Assembly (NCBI RefSeq): GCF_008831285.2
Contig: NC_045138.2
Coordinates: forward strand, 2,046,001 to 2,110,000
Length of the DNA stretch: 64,000 nucleotides
Direction: 5' to 3'
From: Nymphaea colorata
Taxonomy: Eukaryota
In this document: positions 13,220-25,992 of the stretch, piece after piece
How the letters are laid out: each line of letters opens with the position of its first letter
Position numbering within the stretch: position 1 is the stretch's first letter
Made by a program: the position numbers and the translations under genes
Notes under the pieces: generated by a model
The model's database searches: none
What the model saw: the letters and a program-made list of their open reading frames with translations, nothing else
Told to the model about the DNA's origin: nothing

Positions 13220-14417
13220 GGCCGTACCCCCGCACCCAAGCTTTTTAAAAATAGTCAGTACCTGTACTCGCACCGGCACCCGTACCCGTACCTATGTGAC
13301 AGATCAGAAGCTGTTTTAAAATATAAGATTAATAAAGGATAGTGTTGTGTTCAAAGTTCAAACATGAGTATGGATCTGTAATTTAATTGTTTTTGTGTTT
13401 GCAATCACGTCCCTTGGCAAACCTGAAAATTGTTTCTTTTATGAACACTATCGTGCTATCTCTATTCATTTGGCAGTGATAGATGTTGAGGGAAAATTAT
13501 ATCTACAATCTGCTGGAGTGATGCGTCTGAGGCCTTGAAATTCATGGGAACTTTTTAGAGTTATAGTTCAGGCCTTTGCACAATTGTGTTTCCTAGTAAT
13601 TTTAACTATATTCCTTGGCAATGTTAGCCCTTTGCTGAGTACTTGTAAGGGTTCAAACAGTTGGTGAAGGAAAACTGCTAAATATGAAGTTGCCTACACA
13701 AGTAATGTATTGTGTAAACTGTGTGCATTTGATCATGTGTGCATTCAAGTTGGCACTGTGCTTTATTTTGCGGTTGTGATCAATCCGGAGTAGATTTTTA
13801 AACCTGAAGTGATGCTAAACCAGGGTGGTTCTACCGAGACTTTAATACCGAAGGGATATGCTTTTTCTGTTTGTGCTCTTGTACCTTTGGCATAGTTTGG
13901 GAAACAGCCTGGTGAAAGTTATATTGCTAAGTGTGGTGGTATGATGTGTGCATGCATGTTTTTCTATCCTTGGTCAACTATTTGTGTGCTCTTTATTTTG
14001 ATGGCAGTAGTTACATTTCATTTGTCGGTTGACCTGAACCTAGCTCAAGTGTGATTTCAGACTTGAGTTATTTCTGATTTTCCAATTAGGGAGTGGCACC
14101 AGAACACATTTATTTGTTTTAGCAATGCTATTTTTTTCTTTTGAAAACGTTGCATCACTCTGACGGATTGCATCTTTGATGTTGTAGACTGCAAGAAGTT
14201 CATGGAAATGGTTCAGGAAATCGCAGAATCCATGGGCAAGAAAGGAGTAGAGAACAAGGATGCTGCAGCTACTGCTGATCTTCTTGATAAGTTGTCTGTT
14301 GGTGGTGAAAAGAAGGAAGCTGAATCTAGCAGCAGCACTGCACAAGAGAGTGAGAGCAAGCCATCTGAACCCGCCAAGGAAAAGGAAGCTGTTAAGGAGG
14401 CACAATCTGAGGACTAA
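8906..14417 (+). CDS. RANBP1: Ran-binding protein 1 homolog (RanBD), 221 aa, 4 exons
   Basis: Exons 8906-9063, 9163-9314, 9423-9548 and 14188-14417, all GT-AG and in frame (666 nt). Motifs [49 protein letters not shown] and [16 protein letters not shown]. Confidence 0.96.
12047..12545. mobile_element. hAT-type MITE in RanBP1 intron 3
   Basis: TIRs TAGGGATGT / ACATCCTTA; 8-bp flanks CAAGTGAA and CATGTGAA (7/8 match); CGAG-rich subterminal repeats. Confidence 0.8.
12963..13303. mobile_element. hAT-type MITE with GTACCC repeats and a (TA)n core, in RanBP1 intron 3
   Basis: TIR core GTCACATGGGTAC / GTACCTATGTGAC; perfect 8-bp TSD TCAGAAGC at 12955-12962 and 13304-13311. Confidence 0.88.
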
Positions 14418-17009
14418 GAAAGGGGTAATTTTCCAGTCACTCTGGTTAAACATGCCTGCATTGTTTTATCTTTGTGATGCTGGCATTGCAGAGTCGGTAT
14501 CGATGCGTCCATGGGTCAGTCAAAGGTTGGAGAGAGTCTGTGTGCTTTGGATTGTTGATTGGGGTTTTGTTTTGTGGCTTCGGTGCGGTCTGTGTAAGAG
14601 TTGTCTAGGGTCTGGGCGTTGTCGTCTCTTCTGTACTTCGCTCTTCCGAGTGAGATTTTTCTTCTGTTGGTGCTGTACCTGTTAATATGCTTTATTATTT
14701 TAGAAGGGCATTGGTTCAAAAGGCAATCCTTCGACCTTATATGTGTGCCTTCTACTTGGTTCTATTTAATGTCAATTTTGCATGAGTGGATTGAATGGAA
14801 TCGCAGCTGCAATGGAGTCGCAGCAGCGTTTCCACTTCCTGCACAGGGGAATGCATACGGGAGCAGTAAGGGCAAGGGTACTCTAGCTTTGACGTTTTAT
14901 CTGTGGGAACGTGACGAACAGTGCCTTCAGTTTCTGTTCTTGGGTCAGTTGGATCTAGGGTGTCTTGTTTCTGGCACCTCAGGAACGAGGCTTTGAGAGG
15001 GTTTTACGTTTTCCCATGAACGACAGAAACGAGGGCTGCGAATGTGTCCGACAGCGAAACGTAATGGTCGCATTTTGGTTTGTTTTAGCATCCGCCAAAC
15101 AATGAAACAACGGTCTTGAGAGGGCGTCATTGGGAGTGCAACATATCGATGCAGATCAGAAACTGCGGGAAATAAACAAGGGTCTTGAGAGGGCGTCTTT
15201 GGGAGTGCAACATACCCAGGAACCTCTCTCCTTCACCATGGCTGGCCCCAATCGTGGCCCTTCTCGATGGGTCGCCCGAAATGGAGCATCTTGATGAACT
15301 CTGTCAGATTTTTTTAATTTGATTCTCGCCGGATGATTGCCCTTTGATTCTTCGATTGGGCTAGGAATTAGAGGAATTTCTCTCGTACCTCACTGCCTTC
15401 ATCTCCCTCATCGATCCCCTCTCCTGGTGCGGCAACATTGATAGGGTCTGTGCCTTCACGGAGGAAATGAGGCCTGCGGTTTCAGCGATAGGGCGAGAAA
15501 CATGTGAACTCCCTACTGAAGAACTTCGCCGCTGTGGGGTTGGTGAAGGAGTTGCACTGGCTGGCAGGAAATGAGGATTTACTGTATCGGGGTGGGCCGG
15601 GCATCGGGCATAAACCAAAGCCCGAGGCCCGTTATTTCACAGGCCTAGCCCGGCCCGGTTAGTTTCGAGATGGCCCGAAAGCTTTAACGCAAGAATCCTC
15701 CTTTACATGGTCCAACAATCTATTGCATGTGCTTTTTTTAGAGGCATGATCGTATCCTCCTCTCCTCATAATTGCTATTTTGTTTCCCTTTCACTGTGGC
15801 GACAGTGGGCCTCGTGCTCCTTTCTATCATGTTCCCACCTCACTTTAGGTTTGAGTTGGTGGCCGTTTTGAAAGAAAGGCTTTCTTGTTGCAGTTTTTCA
15901 TTGATGGAGCTTGCCTGTCGATGGGAGGGGCCACTTTTTTGTGTCTGGCGCGGTGCAAGCTGCATGTCTCCAAAAGCATGTACGTTGTTGGAAGTCTGGT
16001 ATTTGGAAATATGAGTTGTTCGCCATCTCTACTCGGGATTATATAGTTCTGCAATTTTAATATACTCCCTTGCTCTCCAAGGCAGACCAATCTCGCATCC
16101 TTTTCCTTGAGTGGTGCACTAAGTTCGGATGGCTCTCATGGGGCGACCAAATACGCGATTCTTCCACATGTCTAACTTTCAAAATGAAGAACATTATTTC
16201 TTTTCTTCCCTTACGGTTGGTCATAGAGCTGTTGCTCAGCGTGACATGATTGGCACCTTATAGTAGAATTATTGCGTCTTTTACCAATATATGCTGCAGC
16301 AACCTACTATTTTCGCTTAGCTTCCATTCCGCAGCTCCGCTGCTTGCCGGCTTCGTTTGTTTTCACACTCGAAAGCGGCTTTGAGCCAGATGAGATTAGG
16401 GCCACTATTTGGACCCTAAAAGTTAGCAAGTAAATGACGGTTCTGTCAAGGTTATTTCGAGTCTTCTGGCATAGATGCCAGTTTGACGTTGTGTTTTTTT
16501 TTATGAGTTTACTACAAATTCGATCCTCCTTGGAGAATTCAACATGGTTATCTATATTCTCATTCCTAAGAAAGCCCATCCATCTGACGTATGAGATTTT
16601 CACACAAGCTCAGTCTTTGATACTCCTTGTAAGCTTATTGCTACTCTACCCTATCATTTCTCACCTGCCTTTTCAGGCTTGCCTTCACCCCTTGGTCGCT
16701 ATTTTCATGACATATTCTTGTTGGCTAGTGAGGTTGCTCACTCTATTTGCTGTTCTCGTTGTTCCTCTTTTATCTTCAAAGAATATGAACTAAGGCCTTT
16801 GTTGCTGAAGCCTTTTTTTTTTTGTGTCATCTTTCACTCTGTAATGGATTCCAACTTCCGATCCAACGTACCTAAGATCTCGCTAATCAAGTATGTGGAT
16901 GACTTCATCCTTTTTGGTAATAGGGTCTCTCCGTTAAGCCCACCAAATGTCAGTTTTTGCTCTTGCATGTTGATTCAAGCCTCTTCGCTTCCATTCGATT
17001 ACCTTGAAC

Positions 17010-17911
17010 TAGGGGTGGGTATCGGGCCGGGCCAGGTCAGCCCGTCGGGCCTAAAGCCCGGGCCCGGGCCCAGCCCATAATATTGCTGGGCCGGGTCGGG
17101 TACCGGGCCTGTCCACCCAAAATCAGGCCCAGCCCTAAATTCTCATCTATCGCTGGCCGGCCATGGCTGCTCCGACGTTATTCCTGTTCGTCCTGGTCGG
17201 ATTCAGCGTCTGTGCGGACGTCGGCTGAATCCGTCAGGTGGTCCGGAGGCCGTCCACTCGGCCGAGGACGGAGCCGATTCTGGCGACGGGATAGAAGACT
17301 GAGAAACCCAACAAGCAACAGTCCAGCATGAAGAAAAATTAGGGTTCGCCAGTAACCCAACAAATAGTGCAATTCCGACCATAGCTTCCTTTCTGGAACA
17401 GAAACCCCAAGCACAAAAAGACACACGAACGCCCATATCAAAGCTTCGGACAAAACCACACAACCACTACCAGCAAACAAAATCAAACCCACTACTTTAG
17501 AAAAGGAAAAAAAATGAGCAATTATAAGAAGGCATGCAAGCAGGCAAGAGAAGGAAGACGCCGGAACCCAAAAATGGAAAACCCTAACCCTAGTAGAAAT
17601 TCAATCAATGAAGAGGGGAAACCCCACAGATACACACCATAAACACACACACCTCCGACTGAAAACTAAGCTGAGCTGAGGTAGGCGTATTCCAACCTTC
17701 CCACGAACAGAGAACTTCCGACAAGAGAAGCAGAGTTCGCCCAGGTGGAAGGTACGAATCGGACTCCGCGATGGTATCATCCAAGACAGCAGAGTTCGCT
17801 CGGGGCATGGAGATCGCCGGTGACGGTAAGAACGCTTGGGTCTTCGACAATCGACATTGACGAGACGCTCCTCTCCAACCTGCCCTACTACGGTGCGAAT
17901 GGCTTCGGGTA

Positions 17912-17952
<41 letters not shown>

Positions 17953-18270
17953 GAATAAGGGAACATGCGCAGCTGGGCTGTGTAAATAGAGGGAAAGGAA
18001 GGAGGGGGAGAGGAGGAGGGAGAGGGAGACGGCCAGACGGGAAGGGCGAGGGGGAGCGGAGAGGGAGCCGGGGCAGGTGAGAGGGAGCTGGGGCGTGGAA
18101 ATCTCTTGACCTAACGGGCCGTGCCGGCCTTTAGAAGTCATAACCGGGCCCGGCCCATTAGGAACTCGGGCTGGGCCGGGCTCACTTAAGTTGGGCCCGA
18201 TAACAAAATGTCTCGGCCTAGACCTGGCCCGTACCGGGCCGGGCCGGCGGTGGCCCGACGCCCAGGCCTA
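17010..18270. mobile_element. 1.26-kb non-autonomous hAT element with GC-rich interior
   Basis: TIRs TAGGGGTGGGTATCGGGCC / GGCCCGACGCCCAGGCCTA; perfect TSD CCTTGAAC at 17002-17009 and 18271-18278; GGCCC subterminal repeats. Confidence 0.92.
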
Positions 18271-18599
18271 CCTTGAACTTAGATTATCCCTATCCTCGCC
18301 ACCAACCCTCTTCCTGTGCTGCTATAGAGCAGTGCATGCTTACTTAAATCTCAATCGTAACTGCACTGCTTTTCTTTTATCTTAGACCATCTTCAACACC
18401 TCGGTCTTCACCTTTTTTTTCGGAAATCATGACACAACCTTTTTGTTTTCTATCCTTTCTTTTATCACCTCCTCTCTTGTTGTTGAAGAACGCAACCCGA
18501 AACCAGTGAAACTGCTACCCTAGGCCGAATCCTCTACCTAAGACCTCTCGGGGGAGCCTAAAAATCGAAACCTAACTAAACCATCCTATTACAGAAATG

Positions 18600-21260
18600 A
18601 CGATGCTAGACAGGACCCCGACTTGATGCTAACAACAAGCAAAAACAAACTAAAACAAACACCAACCTAATGCCGTGGACTACGACACACACGGGCGGTG
18701 GAGGGGGAATGGCTCGGTCTGCCTGACTGATGATGGAGATGGACTGCCGATGGATGGAAGCGGCCTTCCTGGTCATTGTCAGTGTTGATGCGAAAGACTC
18801 GGCCCACCTGGCCGAGGGAAGGAGATGAATGCAGAAGCTGATGAAGATGGAGTTCGGCAACGGCTGCTGTAATGCCACGGTGAGAGCGCCGAGGTGAGGT
18901 GCGGACGCCTGTACGAACTGTGGGGAGACCGCAAAGGAGTGACGCTGATGGAATGCGATGGCCAATGGAGCTCGGCCCGCCTGGCTGAGAGAAGTGGCGG
19001 TGATGGAGGGAGCCGGCCCCCCTGGCCGTCGGTGAGGGAGAGGGCGAAGAGCTCACGGGCTGCCTAGATGGTGTTGAGGTGAGGTAGGCAGGACTCGGCG
19101 CTAGGGAGTGGAGCGCCCACAAAGGTTATCCACTTGGAGAGGGATCCTAACTACCGGACTCCAGGGAAGGGGGCTAAGCTCGGAGGGAAGAATGGAGCTT
19201 AGTGGGAGAATGTGTGTGGTCTGGGCTAACCCGAGGTAGGTGCCGGTTAGGACTGGTGGAGTAGACTAGGGTTGGCCGGGTTGACTCGAGCTAGGTCTAG
19301 GTCAAGGTCATCCTAAGTTTGGACGTTGGAGGGAGTTGAGGGTTTGCGGTCAACGAAGAGGAGTTAAGAGGGTGCAAGGTTACGAGGGGTGGATATGACG
19401 AGCTCGGGACTAAGGAAATGGTAGTAACTAGGGCTCGGACTCACTAGGGAAACTCGGGACTAACAAGGAAGGTTAATGGCCACTCTCGGTAAGGAGAGTG
19501 GGTGTTAAGGCAGGTAGTTATGGGTAGGCTTAGAAATGGAAGGTGGAATAAAGACCGAGCTGGGAAATGGTAAGAGAGTTATGGCTAGCTGAGGACTCGG
19601 TAAAGGAGTTATGGAGGGCTTGGATGAGGAGGAGGGGTTAATGCTCGGGTGATCTCGGGTGATGGATTACGAGAGAGAATGAGGAAGATTATGAGGGAGA
19701 TGGGAGATGAAGTTAAGGCGAGCTAAGACTTACCTTAAAAGCGCCATTGGGACTCGAATGGCTTGGGCCCCACGTTGGTGACACGTGGCAATATGAAGGG
19801 ATGGAGATGAAGGCTTGATGGCGCCTTGGGAGCTTGAAGGGTGTGGGCCCTAAGATGTTAACATGTGGCATGATGGAGGGCGGTGATGGAGGGCTTGACC
19901 GTTGGGTGCCTTAGGCAAGAGGCGCATAGAATTATTGCACTTTGGGACTCCTCAATGAACTTATTGCTGCCTCGGAAGACGAAGCGTCCTCCTCGCCAAG
20001 GCCGAACGGACAGTCAACGAGCGGCGGATGGAATGCCACCGGAAAGATAGCAGCGGCGAGTTTTCCGGCCGCGCGTCTTGGGTCGCCGCCTGTGAGTCGA
20101 TTGGGACGCGACTTAGCCCACAGTTACTAGCTTGACTGGGCGATGCTTGCTGGGCTGCTAGGATGACCGCAGCCCCTCTCCACTTCGGCGCCACTCTCAA
20201 CTTGTAGGAGAGTTCCCATGGCACCGTGGCTCAATGCTTGGCTCCGCCAAGCATCCGATGCAAGTGCTACTGGCTGTCTACCGACAATGCTCACAACTTC
20301 CACTCGGGTTCACCACACACAAACCGGCTAGTGAATGCTTGGCCAACCTTTCCAGTCACTGTCTCCCTGGATCATACAAGGGGAAAGCAACCTACTAGGG
20401 CCATGCTTTACAATGCCTGCCAAGATTAGGAATCCTCATTCCTGTCCAACCGACCTTCTTTCCGATGTGCCTGGGGAGAAAACCAACCTACTAAGGTCGG
20501 ATTCAACCGTGTCTAAGAACAGCGAGAGGGATGGAACCAGGAGAGTCTTTCGGTACCAACCTGATTCTCATGCTGCCGGAATGTCACACGCAGATACTAG
20601 ATGGGCAGAACCACGGCCCACTCTTCTCCACGTCCTCCCAAGTCACGACCGGCCTCTAACCTCCCTTCGTTTTCAAGGAGGGTTGCACCGTGAGGGACTT
20701 GCAAATGCGTCGAGGAAAGGAAATGTAGGTTGCCGGCTTCAATGGCAGCTTTCCGGGAGCAACCACCTCCGTCGTTCACCTCTTCTTCACGTGGGCAGAA
20801 CCACTGCCTACAAGTGCTTTGTACAAGCCTTGCTCGGTGGGGATTACACGCCTACACGGCGGGGAGTCACACCATTTGGGTGGAGGAGAGAGAGGCAGTG
20901 TTTTACTCAAAAGTATATTTGATTAAAATGACAAGAAGATGAAATGTTACAACTTGGGCGGGTTTATATAACCCCACGTCTTGATTCACATCAACCCAAC
21001 CCGAGACGGGTAGAATCAAACGACTCTAAAACAACTCAACAATTGAAAGAGTAAATGACTCGGGACATTTAATATTAGACGTGTCTATCTCAACAATCAC
21101 TAAAATAAGACTAAAACAAGACATGACGCTACAATGACTCGACCCTAGACAAGCTCGGGCTGGACTTGGCCTAAGGCTGGGTTCCACTAGCTCGACTGAA
21201 TCTTCAAGTATGTGTATTGCTGATCGGATTACTCTATACTTGCCAAATGTGAATCCCAAC
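18600..21260 (-). mobile_element. Probable degenerate LTR-retrotransposon non-coding region (LTR and leader)
   Basis: GC-rich, strongly strand-skewed and CTCGG-rich. Has a minus-strand GGGGTTATATAAAC TATA-like motif at ~20963-20976. No recognisable protein domain, and the boundaries are uncertain. Confidence 0.4.
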
Positions 21261-21480
21261 TGACCCTGCTACCCATTACCACTGCATGTAGCCTTCCATT
21301 GCCGCCCTACGCCATAGCTCTGTGATGGCTGGAAGGCTTCATGCGGCTGCTGCACCTGAGTGTCTGCTTGAACATGCGCTGTGCTAGGTGCTCTTCGTCC
21401 CTGGCCTTGATGGTCTCGCTGCTGTCGCCCGGCTGGTTTCCCTCTATGCCACACACCAGGTGACAGCCCTAAGGTCGCGC

Positions 21481-21610
21481 CTGGTTGGCCTTGCTCGTCC
21501 TGGCCTGTAGGGGATGCTTGGTGTTTGGCCTTGAGACTCTGGACACTGGTTGGCCTTGCTCGTCCTGGCCTGTAGGGGATGCTTGGTGTTTGGCCTTGAG
21601 ACTCTGGACA
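21481..21610. repeat. Perfect 65-bp tandem duplication
   Basis: CTGGTTGGCCTTGCTCG...GACTCTGGACA occurs twice in a row. Confidence 0.95.
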
Positions 21611-22087
21611 CAGCTGGATCAAGTTGGATGCGCCTATGTTAACCTCACTGAATTGGCTTTTCCTGGGCAGCTTTCTTCTTCTCTCTTGGGCAATGCTATG
21701 GCCTCTTTTCTTGGGTTGACGTCCTTCTGTTGCCGCCCCATGGCAGCCCCCTTGCTCTCGGTCCAAGTTTGCTCTGCCGAACCTCTTTGGATGACATTGG
21801 CCTGGTATGGGCCATCCTCCTTCGACGGCCTTCTATGGCTGCACATTGGGCTGCAACCTCCTTTGGCTCGAGCTCTTCCTGCTCGGCCACGGGCATTAGC
21901 CTCTTTGAGTTGTGGCTAGATCCCTCATTGCTCTCATTCGACGCAACTCCAGCCAGCCTCAGCCACATAGTCGACGGCACTCGGCTGGGTTCAGAGTTGG
22001 CTCGCAACACTTCTCCACTTCATTCCATTCTCCTCTCCCTTTGACAACTTCTTCTTTTTTTACATTCTCCTTTTAAGTACTTTTCAC

Positions 22088-22283
22088 CAAGGGCGGAACT
22101 AGAATTTTTTTATGAGGGATCCGAATTAAAGTTTCTAAATTTTGATATGGGTTGAAATATCATTTTTCAAAATTTTTATATAAAAAAATATTTTTTTTTA
22201 AATTTACATGTAAATTCTTATTTTATTTTATTTTTTGAGGTGGAGTCAGGGCCCTTGCGAGCCCTACCCTGGCTCCGCCCCTC
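22088..22283. mobile_element. Short MITE of the GGGCGGA-TIR family
   Basis: CAAGGGCGGAACTAG / CTGGCTCCGCCCCTC termini; flanks CTTTTCAC and CTTCCCAC. Relatives lie near 41290-41462, 50490-50645 and 52850-53030. Confidence 0.7.
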
Positions 22284-23206
22284 CTTCCCACAGTTATGGT
22301 TTATTAGTTATTGATGGTGGATTTAGAAAAAACACAACAATTTGAATGTTCAAGAATTCAGCAACGAATATAACCTCAATTAGGTTGGTTGTCAAGGCTG
22401 GCGTCCACCTCGCCCTTAGCATCTATTGGAAGATGGTTTTTGCTTCCCACTAGCGCTTTGTCTTTATTTTTGTTTTTTTTTTTCTCATAATTTTTCTCTT
22501 GTTTAGTTGCTTTTGTTTATATATATATATAATGACTTTGGTGTGATTTTCTTAGTGCAGAAATCACTCATCTCCTATACCATCCAACATTAATGGTCAC
22601 TGAACGCATTTACTCCCATGTGAACCTCGAATGAATCTGGTTCTGCGCTCCACGCTACCTAAGATTACTTTATTGGTGTGGGTAAATATCTTTAGTGAGG
22701 TGGGTAAGTATCTTCCAATATGAATCTGTGGATGGTTCATCCTGACCCTCGTTGATGTCATCCAATTGTCCATAATACTTGATGATCATGGATTAAAAGA
22801 TTAAAAAAAAAAAGATCAGCTTCAGAAGGTCATTGTTATGATGACATACTTAGTTTAGGGAAGAACGGAAAGGAAGGTCATTGTTATGATGACATACTTA
22901 GTTTAGAGAAAGACGAAAAGAAAGATATGAGATTAGCATTACCTAAAAGGACACGGTTGGTAGGTGATCAGTTTTTGTTTTGAATTTTGATAGTATTCTA
23001 AAAAAGTTTATAAGCGTCAATGTTAAAATACCTCATAACATAAAAAATAGACCATAATAATAAGAAAATAATATATAAAATGAAAACTTTAGCTTGGGCT
23101 TTGGCCAAGTAGTCCGTCTCTCGACTCCATTAGAATATAGAGATTGGGGCCAGGATCACTGGGCATGGAGACCAAGACTCGAGCTTTGTCACTTATACAA
23201 CATAAT

Positions 23207-23648
23207 TAGGGTTGCACATGAGCCGAGTCCAGCCCAAGCTTGGCAAGCTCGAGTTTGACTCGGCTCAAAAAACTCAAACTCCAGTCGAACTCCTTATAAC
23301 AAGCTCGAACTCCACTAGACTACATAAATGGAGTTTGAGCTCGACTCTTTTAACCCATTTAACTCAATTATGCGTTAACTCATGTAAGCATTAACTTGTT
23401 TAACTCATGTAAACATTAACTCGTCGATTAATTCGTTTAACTCATGTTAACTTGTGACACCAGTTTTGATATTATATAAAAGATCCATTTACACCAGTTT
23501 TGATATTATATAGAATATCGTGGTTGAACTCGACTAGTTTATCGTTCCTAGTATGTTATTAAGATCAAAATGGGACTCGTTTATAAACAAAGAATCAAAT
23601 ACGAGTCAAAGTTTGAGTTGGCTCGGCTCGTGGTGCAACAGTCAGCCT
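23207..23648. mobile_element. CGAGCTCG-rich MITE
   Basis: Starts TAGGGTTGCAC and ends GTGCAAC..GCCTA; reverse-complement similarity to 51196-51647. Confidence 0.7.
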
Positions 23649-25992
23649 ACTTCTTTTGGCGGCTTCGTAATACATTAGTTGAAGCTGGGTGTTTCGAAGA
23701 ACCTGGGAGACCGTGACGGATACGGACTGACACCAGCGTCAGTCCCCACATGTTGCTTCTTCCACATTACAACTATTAAAGTTAGTTCAGGGCAATTTAA
23801 ACTACCAAAAACGCCCTCCCCATCATTTCGTCAAAGGGCGTCGATGGAAGAATCAAGAGTTATACGCATTCCGATTCCGAGTACAGTGCACTTGAAAACT
23901 TCTAGAAGCCATTTTTTTACCGTCTGCTCGCTGAGGACAATCAAATACGTGATGAGAAAAAGAAAAAATTCGGAACAATTACTTTCTTTAAAGAGCCAGT
24001 TTAGTGGGGGCATTATCCAGGCAGTCGAGCTTAGTTTCATGAAATTTACAATAGGAATCAAATCTTAGTAAGAAGAAAAGAATCATATAGACTCATATTC
24101 TTCTTTTTTTTACATGTATTTTGTGTTTTTAATGTGTGGACCTTATTTTACCAAGATATGTTTGGTTGGTGCTTTCTTCACTTCACTTGCAAAACCCTGT
24201 AATAGTGAAAAAAAACCTCTTCTTTTTTGTTCAAAGGTATTTAAGTATAGATATTATGTTCATAACGTGTTTACGTGTATGTGTGCTTGCATCCATGCAC
24301 ATGCATCAGAGAAAGAGAGGAAAGAAGAGGTTCACTTAGCTTTCATAGTGGTATTCTTGGTTTCAAATTTAACACTCCTGAATGCCATCAACATATAATA
24401 ACCTTTTAAGACTCGAACGAAAGATGTGGTTACTACATGCCACCAAATCTGATCCGTTGCACTACCCATCATTTGGCAAGAGAGAAAGAAATTATATAAG
24501 CAACAAAAGCTGACTATTGTTATATAAACTTGAAATTATCCTCAAACATTCAATATTCAATTTTGACACGTATCATCTCTGTGCCCGATATGTATACAAT
24601 ACCTTCCTTGATTACATTCGCGAATTTTCATAGAGTCTTAAGCATGGCAAAGCTAAGGTAGGGCCTACAACGGCTCTGGCCCACCTACAAAGAAAATAAA
24701 AGTTACATGTAAATTAAAAAAAAAAACTTTATTATATATAAAAACTTTTAAAAAATAATATTTTTGCCCATATCAAAATTTTCAAAATTTAAAAACTTTA
24801 ATGTAGTTTTCTTGATAGCTCGACGCTTGGTCCGATAAGATAAGAAACCTGGTTGAAAATGATGGGACGCCAAATCATTTTGCAATAAAATTGTTGTTTT
24901 TCGCTTAAATACTACTCAAGGAAAATGAAAAGAGAAATAAAATCAGACAATCGTTTTCATATTAACCTTTGCTCTATCGACATGTTTTGATATGTATGAA
25001 TGGTTCCTTAGTAAAAAAGGAAAAAGCATATTTTATATCATCAGCCAATTAACGGATACAAGAAGAAGCCAATCCGGAACAGGTGCAGGAACAATAAATG
25101 TGATTCTTGGATCTTGTCTCCTGAAGGCCCGACCCGTTTGTACCCACAGCAGCCAGAAGATCAGAACTCGGGCAGTTCGACTGGTCCAACACGGCCATGG
25201 CCCTTCGGCGCCTCAATTTCGAGAATTTGTCCTTTTCAGTCATTTCGTCTCACGCCAAACAGCGTCCACCGACAAAAAGGGGAGCAAAGGAAGGAACAGC
25301 CGAGACAAGTGCTCTTCCCGATCGAGATTGTAAGAGAAAAGCGAGGAAGAGATCTTTTCTTTTTTACTTCTCAGATGGGTAAGAGGAAAAAGTCGAGGTC
25401 AGCAATGGTGGAGGTAAGCATCGATTTAAATTCTGAATCCCCATTGTCTTTTTTTATTTTTTTTGTCTTTTTATTTGGTCCGTTTATGTTTATTGTTGCT
25501 GAATGTCATCCGTCAAGAATGCCTACTTTTCCAACTTCTTCGGATTCCCCATTCTTCTAGTGATTTTGATGTATCGATCTCGTTAAGTTTGGTGTTTTTT
25601 TCTTTTACTACCTTCTATCTCAAGTTGCTTTTTGTTGGTGAAGATTTCTGTTAAGTTTAGGAAAGCAATCTCTACCATTGGTTCACTATTAGCCGAATCT
25701 AGCGAAGCCCTTGTTCTGCTGCATTTCATGGTCATATTTTTAAGGTCTTAAGTTCAAGGTTTGCTCTCGAGCTCTGTGCTCTCGAAATTTTATCATCTGT
25801 GGCTACCATCTGTACCTTAGTGGTTCTATTTTGGTGGTTTTACGTGTTTTCTTTTTGCTTACATCCATCCATTTTTGAGTTCTTAGAGTGCTTATCGAAT
25901 TTCAGAGTTCTTAGACTGCTTCATGATGTTGGGGTTTTCAGGATTAGGGCTGGGATTTTATTGTTGGCAGCTTGGAGGTGGGAGCTTGCATT

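Noticed and set aside
15220..15620. Possible spliced minus-strand gene convergent with RanBP1
   Set aside because: The putative intron is A-rich rather than U-rich, and no coherent or recognisable reading frame results.
25972..25992. ORF-track start of GONST4
   Set aside because: It is a TTG codon; the first in-frame ATG is at 25993.
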